DNA of 64,000 nt from Synechococcus sp. UW140 (GCA_943369315.1 CALRMW020000005.1:123956-187955), one strand, 5' to 3'. Shown: positions 1 through 10,932, counted from the first letter of the stretch. A program made the numbers and translations. Notes: generated from the sequence alone by a model not told the origin.

Positions 1-316
1 TCGCCGCCCAGATCTCACCGTGCTCCACCAGGTCGGCGCCGAAGGCCGCCGCGATCGCCTCGGTGGTGAGGTCGTCGGGGGTGGGCCCCAGGCCGCCGGT
101 GGTGACCAGCACCCGGCAGCGTCCCGCCGCCTGCCGCACCGCCTCGATCAGCCGCTCCCGGTTGTCGCCCACCACCTGCTGGCGGTGGTGCACCACCCCG
201 AGGGCGGCCAGCTGTTCGGCCAGCCAGCGGGCATTGCCGTTGACGATGTTGCCCAGCAGCAGCTCGGTGCCGATGCAGAGCACCTCCACCCCGGCGTCGC
301 CGGGGGGGCCGCTCAC
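1..316 (-). CDS. cinA: Competence/damage-inducible protein CinA, N-terminal part (runs off the window)
   Basis: Hand translation from GTG at 316: [36 protein letters not shown]...VVGDNRERL...[15 protein letters not shown], the CinA/MoCF-like signature. GTGA overlap with the upstream gene. Not in the ORF track. Confidence 0.92.
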   Translation of the reverse strand, partial: MSGPPGDAGVEVLCIGTELLLGNIVNGNARWLAEQLAALGVVHHRQQVVGDNRERLIEAVRQAAGRCRVLVTTGGLGPTPDDLTTEAIAAAFGADLVEHGEIWAA

Positions 317-1395
317 TTGGCCTCCTCCTGCATCTGGCGGCGGCAGACCACCAGCACGGCGATCAGCACCGCCGTGGCCAGCGCCAGCCAGAGGAAGCGC
401 ATCTCCGCATTGGCCAGCACCAGGGCGATGGACGCCAGCCACTGGGTGAAGGCGTAGATCAGCACCACGGTGCGGCGGTGGCTGAAGCCGGCCCGCAGCA
501 GGCGGTGGTGCAGGTGGCGGCGATCCGGGTAGAAGGGCGAGCGGCCGGCCCGGAGGCGGCCCATGATCACCGCCGACATGTCAGCCAGGGGCAGGGACAG
601 GATCATCAGCGGCAGCAGCAGGCTGACGCTGGTGAGGCGCTTGGCCGGGCCGACGATGCTGATCGCCGCCAGGGCGAAGCCGAGGAAGTAGGAACCCCCG
701 TCGCCCATGAAGATGCGGGCCGGGTTGAAGTTGTGGCGCAGGAAGCCCAGGCAGCTGCCCGCCAGGGCCGCCGCCAGCAGGCCGGCGGCGGGCTGGCTGA
801 GGCTGAAGCTCACCGAGAGCAGCCCCACGGCGGCGATGCCGCTCACCCCCGCCGCCAACCCGTCGAGGCCATCGAGCCAGTTGATCGCGTTGGTGATCCC
901 CACCAGCCAGACCACCGTGGCAAGCAGGCTCAGCCCCTCCGGCAGGGGCAGCCCGGCTGCGGAGGTCCCCAGGCCGAAGGGCAGGTCGATGCTGCCGATC
1001 CGCACCCCCTGGTTCCACACCGCCGCGGCCACGAGCACCTGGCCGCAGAGGCGCGGCAGGGGCGGCAAGGCGAACAGATCGTCCGCCAGGCCGATCACGA
1101 AGAAGCAGAGGGCCCCCGCCAGGGTGGTCCAGATCAGCTGGTCCTTGTCCGGCGGCAGATCGGCGAAGCCGCCGAAGGTCCAGGTGCAGGCCAGCGAGAG
1201 GCTGAAGCCGGCCACGATGCCCACCCCACCGAGCCGCACCATGGGCAGGGTGTGCTGCTTGCGGTCGTCGGGCGGGTCCACCAGCCCCCAGCGCAGACCG
1301 AGCCTCCGCACCACAGGCACGATCAGCGCCGTGAGCAGGGCCGCCGCAGTGGCCGTGAGCAGGGCCGCCGCGTTGGGGCTGTAGGCGAGGGTCAC
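313..1395 (-). CDS. MraY/WecA/TagO-family undecaprenyl-phosphate GlcNAc-1-phosphate transferase
   Basis: Polytopic membrane protein with [24 protein letters not shown] and DRRHLHH motifs. Confidence 0.9.
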   Translation of the reverse strand: MTLAYSPNAAALLTATAAALLTALIVPVVRRLGLRWGLVDPPDDRKQHTLPMVRLGGVGIVAGFSLSLACTWTFGGFADLPPDKDQLIWTTLAGALCFFVIGLADDLFALPPLPRLCGQVLVAAAVWNQGVRIGSIDLPFGLGTSAAGLPLPEGLSLLATVVWLVGITNAINWLDGLDGLAAGVSGIAAVGLLSVSFSLSQPAAGLLAAALAGSCLGFLRHNFNPARIFMGDGGSYFLGFALAAISIVGPAKRLTSVSLLLPLMILSLPLADMSAVIMGRLRAGRSPFYPDRRHLHHRLLRAGFSHRRTVVLIYAFTQWLASIALVLANAEMRFLWLALATAVLIAVLVVCRRQMQEEAK

Positions 1396-1453
1396 AACGG
1401 CGGGCCGGAAGAGTGCGGTCCTGAAGGCGACACGTTACGGGTGAACGGGGCCG

Positions 1454-2764
1454 TCAGGCGTGCTGGAGCTCACGTTGTCGTCCATAGAGGGGGAAGCGGC
1501 CGCAGAGGGAGGCCACCCGTTCGCGGCAGCGGAGCTCGACGGCGGCATCGTCCGGGTGCAGCAGGCGGTCGGCGATGACGTCGGCCACCTCGCGGAAGGC
1601 CTCGGCATCGAAACCCCGGGTGGTGAGGGCGGCGCTGCCCAGGCGCAGGCCGCTGGTGACGAACGGTGACTCCGGATCGAAGGGCACCGTGTTCTTGTTG
1701 GCGGTGATGTTGACGTCGCTCACCAGGCGGTCGGCCAGCTTGCCGGTGAGGCCGATGGAGCGCAGGTCGAGCAGCACCAGGTGGTTGTCGGTGCCGCCGG
1801 AGACCACGGCGATGCCCCGCTCCTGGATCCGCTCGGCCAGGGCCTGGGCATTGCGCACCACCTGCTGGCTGTAGCTGCGGAAGCTGGGCTGCAGCGCCTC
1901 ACCGAAGGCCACCGCCTTGGCGGCGATCACGTGCTCCAGCGGCCCGCCCTGGGAGCCGGGGAAGACGGCCTTATCGAACTGGCGACCGAAGGTGGCGTCG
2001 TTGCAGAGAATCAGGCCGCCCCGGGGGCCCCGCAGGGTCTTGTGGGTGGTGGTGGTGACCACGTGGCAGTGGGGCACCGGGCTGGGGTGCACCCCGGAGG
2101 CCACCAGGCCGGCGATGTGGGCCATGTCGGCCAGCAGGTAGGCGCCCACCTCGTCGGCGATGGCCCGGAAGGCGGCGAAGTCGATCGTGCGGGGGTAGGC
2201 GGAATAGCCGCAGATGATCAGCTTCGGCCGGTGCTCGATGGCGAGCTGGCGGATGGTGTCGAAGTTGAGCTGGTGGCTCTCGGGGTCGACGCCGTAGTGG
2301 ACGGCCTTGAACCACTTGCCCGACACGTTCACCGGGGAACCGTGGGTGAGGTGGCCGCCGTGGGAGAGGTCCATCCCCAGGATCGTGTCGCCCGGCTCCA
2401 GCAGGGCCAGGAAGACAGCGAAGTTGGCCTGGGCGCCGCTGTGGGGCTGGACGTTGGCCCAGGCCGCGCCGAACAGCTGCTTGGCCCGCTCGATGGCCAG
2501 GTCCTCGATGATGTCGACGTGCTCGCAGCCGCCGTAGTAGCGCTTGTGGGGCAGGCCCTCGGCGTACTTGTTGGTGAGCACGGAGCCTTGGGCCTCCATC
2601 ACTGCTCGGGAGGCGAAGTTCTCGCTGGCGATCAGCTCGAGGTGGGTCTGCTGGCGCCGCAACTCCTTCTCGATCAGGGCGGCGATGGCCGGATCGCCGC
2701 TGGCCAGGGGGCTGTCGATGGAGGCTGAAGGCTGCGTGGGGCCGTGATCCGCTCGGTCCGCCAT
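1454..2764 (-). CDS. glyA: Serine hydroxymethyltransferase
   Basis: [31 protein letters not shown] (PLP lysine), SGLRLGS. Start placed at ATG 2764. Confidence 0.98.
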   Translation of the reverse strand: MADRADHGPTQPSASIDSPLASGDPAIAALIEKELRRQQTHLELIASENFASRAVMEAQGSVLTNKYAEGLPHKRYYGGCEHVDIIEDLAIERAKQLFGAAWANVQPHSGAQANFAVFLALLEPGDTILGMDLSHGGHLTHGSPVNVSGKWFKAVHYGVDPESHQLNFDTIRQLAIEHRPKLIICGYSAYPRTIDFAAFRAIADEVGAYLLADMAHIAGLVASGVHPSPVPHCHVVTTTTHKTLRGPRGGLILCNDATFGRQFDKAVFPGSQGGPLEHVIAAKAVAFGEALQPSFRSYSQQVVRNAQALAERIQERGIAVVSGGTDNHLVLLDLRSIGLTGKLADRLVSDVNITANKNTVPFDPESPFVTSGLRLGSAALTTRGFDAEAFREVADVIADRLLHPDDAAVELRCRERVASLCGRFPLYGRQRELQHA

Positions 2765-2868
2765 GGGGTTACTCGGTGTGAAACCGATCGTAGGCAAACG
2801 CCGCAGGCCTGACCGGGCTCGGGCAGACCGGGAGCCGGACGCCGGGGACCCTACGAAGGGGCGGCCAG

Positions 2869-2892
2869 AAAAAAACCGCCCTGGAGGGCGGT
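2869..2892 (-). terminator. Intrinsic terminator downstream of tRNA-Arg
   Basis: Minus strand ACCGCCC-TCCA-GGGCGGT followed by a T run. Confidence 0.75.
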
Positions 2893-2903
2893 GTGGGAAG
2901 GAA

Positions 2904-2977
2904 CGCGCCTGGAGAGATTCGAACTCCCGACCCTCTGATCCGTAGTCAGATGCTCTAATCCGCTGAGCTACAAGCGC
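2904..2977 (-). tRNA. trnR: tRNA-Arg(ACG)
   Basis: GCGCTTGTAGCTCAGCGGATTAGAGCATCTGACTACGGATCAGAGGGTCGGGAGTTCGAATCTCTCCAGGCGCG folds as a cloverleaf: 7-bp acceptor stem, anticodon ACG, GTTCGAAT T-loop. Confidence 0.97.
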
Positions 2978-3092
2978 CTGCCCAGTCATTCTCACCCCAC
3001 GGGGTGCCGATCCGTCAACAACGCCCCCACCGCCCCCGGCCCGATAGGGTCCGCAGCAGAGCCCAACCACCGCCTGCGGCGGTCTTCCCCCC

Positions 3093-3332
3093 ATGCCGAT
3101 CCGCTGGTACGGCCCCGCCGATCCCGACGATCCCACCTATCGGCACTTCGAGCGGATCGTGAACCTCACGCTCCATGCCGCCCTGTTCGCCGCCGTCAAC
3201 AGCGGCCTCTGGTTCGTCCAGGGCCTGCGCCACCCCTGGTCCCACCTGGGCTGGCTGACGATCGGATGGGCCGCCCTGCTGCTGGTCCATGGCAGCGTGG
3301 TGGTGCTGCAACGCCCCGAAGCCCAGCCATGA
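3093..3332 (+). CDS. Small two-TM-domain cyanobacterial protein (2TM family-like)
   Basis: 79 aa, WYGPADP start, two hydrophobic helices. ATGA overlap with the next gene. Confidence 0.7.
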   Translation: MPIRWYGPADPDDPTYRHFERIVNLTLHAALFAAVNSGLWFVQGLRHPWSHLGWLTIGWAALLLVHGSVVVLQRPEAQP

Positions 3333-3616
3333 CGCTTGCCGCCGCCGATCTCGAGGAACTGACCCGGGCGATCGCTGACCGGCTGTACGTACAGGTGGCC
3401 GGCTGGCACCTCTATCTGGGCGATGCGGGCCTGGCCCAGATCCTGGCGATCGAATGCGCCGCCCGGCTCGACCAGGGCGCCGAGGTCTGCGCCCGCCAGG
3501 CCCTGGAGGCGGTGCAGGTGCCGATCGGCGGCGGGGCGACGCGCCTGCCCCTGGCGCGCCTGGTGCCCGCCGGCCAGCTGCGCGATCTGGAAGACGTGCT
3601 GCAACCCTTTTGCTGA
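3329..3616 (+). CDS. DUF3181-family protein
   Basis: LYVQVAGWHLYLGDA and VPIGGG motifs recalled for this cyanobacterial family. ATG at 3329. Confidence 0.72.
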   Translation: MTLAAADLEELTRAIADRLYVQVAGWHLYLGDAGLAQILAIECAARLDQGAEVCARQALEAVQVPIGGGATRLPLARLVPAGQLRDLEDVLQPFC

Positions 3617-3672
3617 CGCCTGCGGCCGGAAGGCCGTTCTACCGATAGGGTGACGCCCCACGCAGGCTGGTC

Positions 3673-3930
3673 GTGCTGGTCATCGAAGTCACCAATGCCC
3701 GTGACGTGGTGCGCCAGCGCATCGGCCGGCTCGGCGGGCGTCTGATCGGCAAGGTGGTCGATGCGGAGGCCCAGGTGGAGAAGGCCCTGATCCAGGAGCT
3801 GGAGAGTGCCTTCCGGGACTTCGGCATCGAGGCGCGCATCTTCTCCATCGACGGCCCCCAGATGATCGGCCGCTCCCACCTGGAGATTCCCGTGCAGGTC
3901 CGCGAGGAACGCCAGGTGCGGCTCCCCTAG
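3673..3930 (+). CDS. Conserved picocyanobacterial hypothetical protein
   Basis: 85 aa with GC3-biased codons, filling the gap in an operon-like run. GTG start. Confidence 0.7.
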   Translation: MLVIEVTNARDVVRQRIGRLGGRLIGKVVDAEAQVEKALIQELESAFRDFGIEARIFSIDGPQMIGRSHLEIPVQVREERQVRLP

Positions 3931-5531
3931 GCCCGGCGGCGCACCATCCGCAGCAGCTGGCCCGCCTCGGGCACGCCGACGAGGCTCGCCAGCAGTCCGT
4001 AGAGGCCCACCGCCAGGCCGGCGCAGAGGGTGTTCTGGAGCAGCAGTCCCACCAGGCCCGGGGGCCAGGCCACCTCCAGCGACAGCCACCAGCAGGCCGC
4101 CCCGCCGGCCACGGCGGCCAGCAGCAGCTTGCCGCTGTCGGCCGCCCAGAGCCGCAGGGGCAGGCCCCCCAGCCGGCGGCTCAGGGCCAGCAGCAGTCCG
4201 GCGCAGGTGATCAGGTTCACCGCCACGGTGGCCAGCACCAGGCCGGCGGCGCCGGCGTTGAGCATGGGCAGCTGGAGACCCCAGCCGGGCGTGGGGCCTC
4301 CGGTGAAGGCCCAGCAGAACACCGCGTTGAGGCCGATGCCGGCCAGGGACCAGCGGAAGGGGGTGTTGCCGTCGCCGAGGGCGTAGAAGACGCGCACCAG
4401 CACGTCGCGGCCCAGGTAGGCCGGCATGCCGATCCCGTAGGCCATCAGCAGCTGGCCCACCAGGTCGGCAGCGCTGCGATCGAAGGCACCGCGCTGGTAG
4501 ATCAGGGCCACGATCGGCACCGCCAGGGCCACCATCAGCGCCCCGAGGGGCAGCATGGTGGCGTTGGAAAGCATCAGGCCCTGGCGGATGCGCGTGACCA
4601 GCTCGGGCCGGTCCTCCGGCGCCGTCAGCCGGGCATAGACGGGCAGCAGCGGCACCAGCAGGACGTTGGAGAGCAGGCCCAGAGGCGTCTGCACCAGCAG
4701 GTTGGCGTAGCCCAGGCCCGCCGCCGCCGCCGGCATCCCCGAGGCGAAGAACAGCGACACGAAGACGTTGATCTGCAACATGCCGGAGGAAAGGGTGGCC
4801 GGCCCCATCACCTGCAGCACCTCCCGCACGCCCGGATCGCGCCAGTCCCAGACCAGCTGCAGTCGGTTGAGGCCCTCCTTGGCCAGGGCCGGCAGCTGGA
4901 TCAGCCACTGCAGGATCGCCCCCACCGTGGTGCTGGCGGCCAGCACCACGCCGCCGATCACCGCCGTGGCGGGCAGGGTGATGCCGCTGCCCAGCTGCCA
5001 CCAGAGCAGGCCGATGCCGCCGATGACGGCGACGCTGGAGAGCAGGGGACTCACCGAGGGCAGCCAGAACACGTCGGCGGCGTTGAGGGCCCCGAAGCCG
5101 AGGCCGATCAGGCCGGCGAACAGGGCCATCGGCGCCATCCAGCGCAGCTGCAGCACGGCCAGGGCGTGGCGCTCCGGGTCGAGGCCGGGACCCACCAGAT
5201 CGATGAGCGGATCGGCGGCCACCAGCAGCAGCAGGGTGACGACGATCAGCCCCGCCCCCACCAGGGTGTTGATGCTGGCCAGCACGTGGGCGCCCTCGTG
5301 GCGCGGCCGCCGGGCCAGCACGCTCACCATGGCGCTGTGGAACGGCCCGTTGATGCCGCCGAGCAGGATCAGCAGGAACCCCGGCAGCACGTAGGCGTAG
5401 TTGTAGGCGTCGTAGGCCGCGCCCACACCGAAGGCGGCGGCAATCACCTGCTGACGCAGCAGACCGGCCACCTTGCTCAGGGCCGTGGCCGCCCCCACGA
5501 TCAGGGCAATCCGGCGCAGGGATCGGGCCAT
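3927..5531 (-). CDS. murJ: Lipid II flippase MurJ (MviN)
   Basis: ATALSKVAGLLRQQVIAAAFG...AYDAYNYAYVLP start, many TM helices, RGAFD and LVRVFYALGD motifs. Confidence 0.95.
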   Translation of the reverse strand: MARSLRRIALIVGAATALSKVAGLLRQQVIAAAFGVGAAYDAYNYAYVLPGFLLILLGGINGPFHSAMVSVLARRPRHEGAHVLASINTLVGAGLIVVTLLLLVAADPLIDLVGPGLDPERHALAVLQLRWMAPMALFAGLIGLGFGALNAADVFWLPSVSPLLSSVAVIGGIGLLWWQLGSGITLPATAVIGGVVLAASTTVGAILQWLIQLPALAKEGLNRLQLVWDWRDPGVREVLQVMGPATLSSGMLQINVFVSLFFASGMPAAAAGLGYANLLVQTPLGLLSNVLLVPLLPVYARLTAPEDRPELVTRIRQGLMLSNATMLPLGALMVALAVPIVALIYQRGAFDRSAADLVGQLLMAYGIGMPAYLGRDVLVRVFYALGDGNTPFRWSLAGIGLNAVFCWAFTGGPTPGWGLQLPMLNAGAAGLVLATVAVNLITCAGLLLALSRRLGGLPLRLWAADSGKLLLAAVAGGAACWWLSLEVAWPPGLVGLLLQNTLCAGLAVGLYGLLASLVGVPEAGQLLRMVRRRA

Positions 5532-5596
5532 GGCGGCGGGGCACTGCCCATCGGAACGCACGGCAGTATGGCCCTCCCCCTTCGGGCAGCCGACCC

Positions 5597-6355
5597 ATGG
5601 CCCCAGCGACCGTTGCCGTGCCCGTGCTGTCCACCGGCCCGCTGGTGGAAGGGGTGCTGCTGAAGCGCTACAAGCGCTTCCTGGCCGACGTGCAGCTGGA
5701 CGACGGCCGGACGGTGACGGCCCACTGCCCCAACACCGGGCCGATGACCGGGGTGCTGGTGCCCGGCGGACGGGTGCGCCTGCGCCACGACCCCTCACCC
5801 AGCCGCAAGCTGGCCTGGACCTGGGAGCAGGCGCAGGTCGACGGCCATGGCGGCGGCCCGGTCTGGGTGGGGGTCAACACGGCGCTGCCCAACCGGGTGG
5901 TGCGGGCCACGATCGAGGCGGGTTGCCTGGAGCCCTGGCTGGGCCCCATCGGCAGCGTCCGCGCCGAGGTCCCCTACGGCGAAGGGCGCCGCAGCCGGAT
6001 CGACCTGCTGCTGACACCGGCGGACGGCGCCGCCGATGCCCGGCCGATCTACGTGGAGGTGAAGAACACGACCTGGAGCGACGGCGATCTGGCCCTGTTC
6101 CCCGACACGGTGACCGAACGGGGCCAGAAGCACCTGGTGGAGCTCACGGCTCTGGTGCCCGGGGCCCGGGCGGTGCTGGTGCCCTGCCTGAGCCGCGGCG
6201 ACGTGACGCGCTTCGCGCCGGGGGACAGCGCCGACCCCCGCTACGGGGAACTGTTCAGGGCCGCTGCGGCGGCCGGGGTGGAAGTGCTCCCCTGCCGCTA
6301 CAGCTTCGATGCGGCGTCAGTGACGTGGCTGGGCGTGGCCGCTCAGGCCTGGTGA
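5597..6355 (+). CDS. sfsA: DNA/RNA nuclease SfsA
   Basis: RYKRFLADV, AHCPNTGPM, RIDLLL, YVEVKN, FPDTVTERGQKHL. Confidence 0.95.
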   Translation: MAPATVAVPVLSTGPLVEGVLLKRYKRFLADVQLDDGRTVTAHCPNTGPMTGVLVPGGRVRLRHDPSPSRKLAWTWEQAQVDGHGGGPVWVGVNTALPNRVVRATIEAGCLEPWLGPIGSVRAEVPYGEGRRSRIDLLLTPADGAADARPIYVEVKNTTWSDGDLALFPDTVTERGQKHLVELTALVPGARAVLVPCLSRGDVTRFAPGDSADPRYGELFRAAAAAGVEVLPCRYSFDAASVTWLGVAAQAW

Positions 6356-6537
6356 TGGTGGTAGTGGGTGCCGCGGTAGACGAGGTCGAGGGCCCCATCC
6401 ACCGGGGACGGCTCGTGCCGCAGCGGCGCGTCGTAGTGATGACCGCGGTAGACGTGGTCGATCGGGGCGGGGGAGGGGGACGCGTCGTGGGAGTGGTCGT
6501 AGGGGAGACCGCGATAGCAGAGGGCGGAACGGGCCAT
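6343..6537 (-). CDS. DUF4278-like small protein with three YRG repeats
   Basis: 64 aa containing CYRGLPYD, VYRGHHYD and VYRGTHYH. YRGxxY is the DUF4278 hallmark. Confidence 0.75.
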   Translation of the reverse strand: MARSALCYRGLPYDHSHDASPSPAPIDHVYRGHHYDAPLRHEPSPVDGALDLVYRGTHYHHHQA

Positions 6538-6696
6538 GGCGAAAAGGCGGAGATGGAGAGGCCGGAAGGCTTCCCAAATGCATGTCTAGCGCCTCTGCAC
6601 TGTTCATGATGAACACTTCTGAAAACTCTTTGCATCTCTTCAGGACCGGGGCCCCCGCCGCTCACCTGGCCTGCGCGCCGACCTCGGACTCGTTTG

Positions 6697-6710
6697 GTAG
6701 CGAATCAGAC
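6697..6710 (+). promoter_or_regulatory. Possible NtcA-like site upstream of amt
   Basis: GTA-N8-GAC, one mismatch to GTA-N8-TAC. A weak -10-like GATAGT lies 22 nt downstream. amt is a canonical NtcA target. Confidence 0.35.
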
Positions 6711-6798
6711 ATTGGAACGGATGTCCGTCATGGATAGTCGGAGCTTGTTGATGCCTACCCCGGCGTCAGAAGACGAACGTTCTCTTCAACCACGATCC

Positions 6799-8250
6799 AT
6801 GATCGATTCAAGTCACCCGCACAAGGTTCGACCGCCGAGAAGCCTCAGCGAAGCCAGCCTGCTCGAGGCCCCGGGGCTGTTAATGCGCAAGGTTCGTGGT
6901 CTCTCTTCCCGCACGGGCCTGACCTGGTTGGCCTGTGTGCCTCTGGCCCTGTTCATCCTGGGCCTGTTCAACCTCTCGGCCCACGCGGCCGAACTGCCCG
7001 AGCTCACCCCCGCCTTCCTGATCAACAACCTCTGGTTGTCGATCGCGGCCTTCCTGGTGATCTTCATGAACGCCGGCTTCGCCATGGTGGAAGCCGGTCT
7101 CTGCCGCCAGAAGAACGCCGTCAACATCCTGGCCAAGAACCTGATCGTCTTCGCCCTGGCGGCCACAGCCTACTGGTTCATCGGCTACAAGATCATGTAC
7201 AACGCCGACTGGGTGATCCCCGGCTTCTTCAAGTTCGGCGGCTTCTTCTTTGACCCCACCGTCACCCCTGAGATGGTGACCGAAGGCAAACTCGTCCCCA
7301 GCGTCGACTTCCTCTTCCAGGTGGCCTTCGCCGGCACCGCCGCCACGATCGTCTCCGGCCTGGTGGCCGAGCGGATCAAGTTCAACGAGTTCGTCATCTT
7401 CTCCCTGGTCCTGGTCGGCATCATCTACCCGATCGCCGGCTCCTGGCAGTGGAACGTGGGTGAAGGCTGGCTGAACAAACTCGGCTTCATCGACTTCGCC
7501 GGATCCACCGTGGTCCACACCGTCGGCGGCTGGGCCGGTCTTGTGGGAGCCATGATCCTCGGCCCCCGCATCGGCAAGTACATCGACGGCAAGCCTCAGG
7601 CCATCCCCGGCCACAACCTGGCCATCGCCACCCTCGGCTGCCTGATCCTCTGGCTCGGCTGGTACGGCTTCAACCCCGGTTCCGTCCTGGCGATGAATGA
7701 ACTGGTTCCCTACATCGCCGTCACCACCACCCTCGGCGCCGCCGGCGGCGGCATCGCCGGCACCCTGTTCTCCCAGATCCACTCCGGCAAGCCCGACCTC
7801 ACGATGACCATCAACGGCATCCTGGCCGGCCTGGTGGGCGTCACCGCCGGCTGCGACGGCTTCCCGATGTGGGCCTCCTGGGTCGTGGGCTTCATCGGCG
7901 GCGCCATCGTCGTCTACGTCGTCAGCTTCATCGACTCCATCGGCATCGACGACCCCGTGGGCGCCTTCTCCGTCCACGGCATCGGCGGCATCTGGGGCAC
8001 CCTGGCGGTGGGCCTGTTCAACGCCGACAAGGGTCTGCTCATGGGCGGTGGCTTCAGCCAGCTCGGCATCCAGATCCTGGGATCCTTCGTCTTCTCCATC
8101 TTCACGATCGTCACCTCGTGGATCGTCTGGAGCATCCTCAGTGCCGTCTCCGGCGGCATCCGCGTCGAGGAGCACGAGGAGGTCCAGGGTCTCGACATCG
8201 GCGAGCACGGCATGGAGGCCTATCCCGACTTCGTGGCCTCCACCAACTGA
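6799..8250 (+). CDS. amt1: Ammonium transporter (Amt1)
   Basis: [55 protein letters not shown]. Start uncertain (6750 or 6799). Confidence 0.97.
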   Translation: MIDSSHPHKVRPPRSLSEASLLEAPGLLMRKVRGLSSRTGLTWLACVPLALFILGLFNLSAHAAELPELTPAFLINNLWLSIAAFLVIFMNAGFAMVEAGLCRQKNAVNILAKNLIVFALAATAYWFIGYKIMYNADWVIPGFFKFGGFFFDPTVTPEMVTEGKLVPSVDFLFQVAFAGTAATIVSGLVAERIKFNEFVIFSLVLVGIIYPIAGSWQWNVGEGWLNKLGFIDFAGSTVVHTVGGWAGLVGAMILGPRIGKYIDGKPQAIPGHNLAIATLGCLILWLGWYGFNPGSVLAMNELVPYIAVTTTLGAAGGGIAGTLFSQIHSGKPDLTMTINGILAGLVGVTAGCDGFPMWASWVVGFIGGAIVVYVVSFIDSIGIDDPVGAFSVHGIGGIWGTLAVGLFNADKGLLMGGGFSQLGIQILGSFVFSIFTIVTSWIVWSILSAVSGGIRVEEHEEVQGLDIGEHGMEAYPDFVASTN

Positions 8251-8276
8251 CCCCCTGGAGTCCGTTCCCTGGCCCG

Positions 8277-8303
8277 ACCGCGGCTCCGGCCGCGGTTTTT
8301 TTT
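8277..8303 (+). terminator. Intrinsic terminator after amt
   Basis: ACCGCGGC-TCCG-GCCGCGGT followed by 7 further T. Confidence 0.85.
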
Positions 8304-8355
8304 CGCCCGTCCCACCGCCGACCCCCATAGAGTCGGCATAACCCGGTACCTGCCT

Positions 8356-9564
8356 GTGGACACCCGTGCCTTCAAGCGCTCCCTCCACCACTCGGATCGC
8401 TACAACCGCCGCGGCTTCGGCCTGGGCGACGAGGTCGCGGGCAGCCTCGAGCAGGCCTACCAGAGCAACCTGATCGCCAGCCTGCGGGAGAACGGCCACG
8501 TCCTGCAGCGCGGGCGGCTCAAGATCCGCCTGGCGGAGGCCTTCGGCTTCTGCTGGGGCGTGGAGCGGGCGGTGGCGATGGCCTACGAAACCCGCCGCCA
8601 CTACCCCAGCGAGCGGATCTGGATCACCAACGAGATCATCCACAACCCCTCGGTCAACGCCCATCTGCGCCAGATGGACGTCCGCTTCATCCCGGTCGAC
8701 GACGACGTCAAGGACTTCTCCGAGGTGGGCACCGGGGACGTGGTGATCCTGCCGGCCTTCGGCGCCACGGTGCAGGAGATGCAGCTGCTCAACGAACGAG
8801 GCTGCCACATCGTCGACACCACCTGCCCCTGGGTCTCGAAGGTTTGGAACACCGTCGAGAAGCACAAGAAGCACGCCTTCACCTCGATCATCCACGGCAA
8901 GGTGAAGCACGAGGAGACCCTGGCCACCAGCTCCTTCGCCGGCACCTACCTGGTGGTGCTCGACCTGGCCGAGGCCCGCATGGTGAGCGACTTCATCCTC
9001 GAGCGGGGCCAGGGGGCCACCGACCGCGAGGCCTTCATGACCCATTTCGCCAATGCCTGCTCCCCCGGCTTCGATCCCGACCGGGACCTGGTGCGGGTGG
9101 GCGTCGCCAACCAGACCACCATGCTCAAGAGCGAGACCGAAGAGATCGGCCGCCTGTTCGAGCGCACCATGATGCAGCGCTTCGGCCCCGCCGAGCTCGA
9201 CGAGCACTTCCTCGCCTTCAACACCATCTGCGACGCCACCCAGGAGCGCCAGGACGCCATGTTCGCCCTGGTGGACGAGCCCCTCGACCTGATGGTGGTC
9301 ATCGGCGGCTACAACTCCTCCAACACCACCCACCTGCAGGAGATCGCCGTCAGCCGCGGCATCCGCTCCTTCCACATCGACACCCCCGAGCGGATCGGAC
9401 CGGGCAACCGCATCGAGCACAAGCCGCTGGGGGGCGAGCTGGAGACCCTGGAGCCCTTCCTGCCGGAGGGGCCGGTGCGGGTGGGCATCACCTCCGGCGC
9501 CTCCACCCCCGACCGGGTCGTGGAGGACGTGATCGAGCGCCTGGTGGGCCTCAGCGAGGAGTGA
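8356..9564 (+). CDS. ispH: 4-hydroxy-3-methylbut-2-enyl diphosphate reductase
   Basis: [45 protein letters not shown]. Confidence 0.98.
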   Translation: MDTRAFKRSLHHSDRYNRRGFGLGDEVAGSLEQAYQSNLIASLRENGHVLQRGRLKIRLAEAFGFCWGVERAVAMAYETRRHYPSERIWITNEIIHNPSVNAHLRQMDVRFIPVDDDVKDFSEVGTGDVVILPAFGATVQEMQLLNERGCHIVDTTCPWVSKVWNTVEKHKKHAFTSIIHGKVKHEETLATSSFAGTYLVVLDLAEARMVSDFILERGQGATDREAFMTHFANACSPGFDPDRDLVRVGVANQTTMLKSETEEIGRLFERTMMQRFGPAELDEHFLAFNTICDATQERQDAMFALVDEPLDLMVVIGGYNSSNTTHLQEIAVSRGIRSFHIDTPERIGPGNRIEHKPLGGELETLEPFLPEGPVRVGITSGASTPDRVVEDVIERLVGLSEE

Positions 9565-9685
9565 ACCGCCACCAGGTGGCTTTACATTCACGAAAGGTTT
9601 TCCTCCCCCCAGGGCCGCCCGGGAGATCAGAACCCCCGTCCTTTCTGGCCGTTCCCCTCTGACCCACCGCACGCCCCAGACCACG

Positions 9686-10363
9686 ATGGCGGCAGGCTCC
9701 TCCCTGCACCAGGATCCCGACGACACCGGGACCACCGCGAGCGAGCCCCTGCGCGACAGGGCGGACCCTGCCATCCGCCGCTACGCCAGCGCCTTCGCCG
9801 ATCTGATGGAGATGCGGGCGCCGGCCGCCGTGGTGGGCGCCTACCTCGACCGCCACGAGGGCTGGTTCCGCCGCTGCGCCGCCCCGATGGCGGTGGAGCC
9901 CATCGGCAGCCAGGGGTATGTGCTGACCCTCGGCCGCTTCGGCAATTTCGGCTTCGAGGTGGAGCCCACCATCGGCCTGGAGCTGCTGCCCCAGGCCGCC
10001 GGGGTCTACCGCATCGTCACGGTGCCCCTGCCCCACTCAGACGCGGCCCTGCGGGGGCTCTACGACGTCGAATTCGCGGCCTCCCTGTGCCTCGACGAGG
10101 CCGGCGGCTCCGAGGTGTCCAGCGAGGAGGTGGATGGGGTGATGCTCCACACCCTGGTTCGCTGGCAGCTCGACCTGGCCGTGTGGCTGCGCCTGCCGGG
10201 CATGCTCTCCCTGCTTCCGGAGCACCTGGTCCAGAGCAGCGGCGACCTCCTGCTGCGTCAGATCGTGCGGCAGATCTCCCGCCGGCTCACCTGGAAGGTG
10301 CAGGAGGATTTCCACGCCAGCCACGGCATCCCCTGCCCGCCCCGACGCCGGGCCCAGTTCTGA
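9686..10363 (+). CDS. DUF1997-family protein
   Basis: WFRRCAAPM and LGRFGNFGFEVEPTIGLEL, recalled as the cyanobacterial DUF1997 pattern. Confidence 0.75.
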   Translation: MAAGSSLHQDPDDTGTTASEPLRDRADPAIRRYASAFADLMEMRAPAAVVGAYLDRHEGWFRRCAAPMAVEPIGSQGYVLTLGRFGNFGFEVEPTIGLELLPQAAGVYRIVTVPLPHSDAALRGLYDVEFAASLCLDEAGGSEVSSEEVDGVMLHTLVRWQLDLAVWLRLPGMLSLLPEHLVQSSGDLLLRQIVRQISRRLTWKVQEDFHASHGIPCPPRRRAQF

Positions 10364-10387
10364 GCGCTCGCCCCGAAGGGGCGCTGC

Positions 10388-10864
10388 TCAGGGGGCAGGG
10401 GCGGTGAGGATCTTGTTGACGATCTGCATGCCGCTGACGGCCTGCCACAGGAACAGGGTCATCAGGGTCATGTTGAGGCCCACGTGCACCTTGCGGGCGA
10501 TGAGGTTGCCGGCCTGCATCAGGGGGGAGAGGGAGGCCGCCAGGGCGATCAGGGAGAGCATGCCGAGACCCACCAGCAGGTGCGGGCTGACGAACAACTT
10601 GCCGTTGTTGATGTAGGTGACGGCCATGCCGCCGACGCAGCCCAGCACCATCAGCGCCAGAACGATGCTGCCGAACTGGAAATGGCGTTTGGCGAACTGC
10701 CCCTTGATCAGCTCCTTGCGGTCCTCGGCGCTGGCCGTGCGGGTCTTCTTGGCCTTGATCCCGAGGACCATGGCGTAGCCCGCCAGGCCCAGCAGCACCC
10801 ACATCAGCAAGGGGTGGGCGAAGTTGAGGGCGAAGGCGATCGAAGCGGGAAGGGCGGCGAACAT
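10388..10864 (-). CDS. DUF4079-family membrane protein
   Basis: FAHPLLMW, RHFQFG, PHLLVG and RKVHVG: four helices with conserved His, cytochrome b561-like. Confidence 0.75.
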   Translation of the reverse strand: MFAALPASIAFALNFAHPLLMWVLLGLAGYAMVLGIKAKKTRTASAEDRKELIKGQFAKRHFQFGSIVLALMVLGCVGGMAVTYINNGKLFVSPHLLVGLGMLSLIALAASLSPLMQAGNLIARKVHVGLNMTLMTLFLWQAVSGMQIVNKILTAPAP

Positions 10865-10932
10865 GACGCGTTGGAACTCCACCGGGCCAGGGCCGGCTGC
10901 GAGTGCATCGAAGTTACAACTTCTCCGTGCCC

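Noticed and set aside
51-58. HIP1 octamer GCGATCGC (also at 3368-3375 and a few other places)
   Set aside because: Only scattered copies were noticed, and it is a known cyanobacterial feature. Enrichment was not computed.
2904-2977. tRNA-Arg as a prophage or island integration site
   Set aside because: No integrase, no duplicated 3' end, and the flanking genes are core.
2765-3136. Long N-terminal extension of GlyA in the ORF track
   Set aside because: It runs through the tRNA-Arg gene and its terminator; the real start is about 2764.
6538-6700. Glutamine riboswitch upstream of the DUF4278-like gene
   Set aside because: TGTTCA...GAACA resembles P1, but the interior is too short and the conserved GGAAG/GAAG core is missing.
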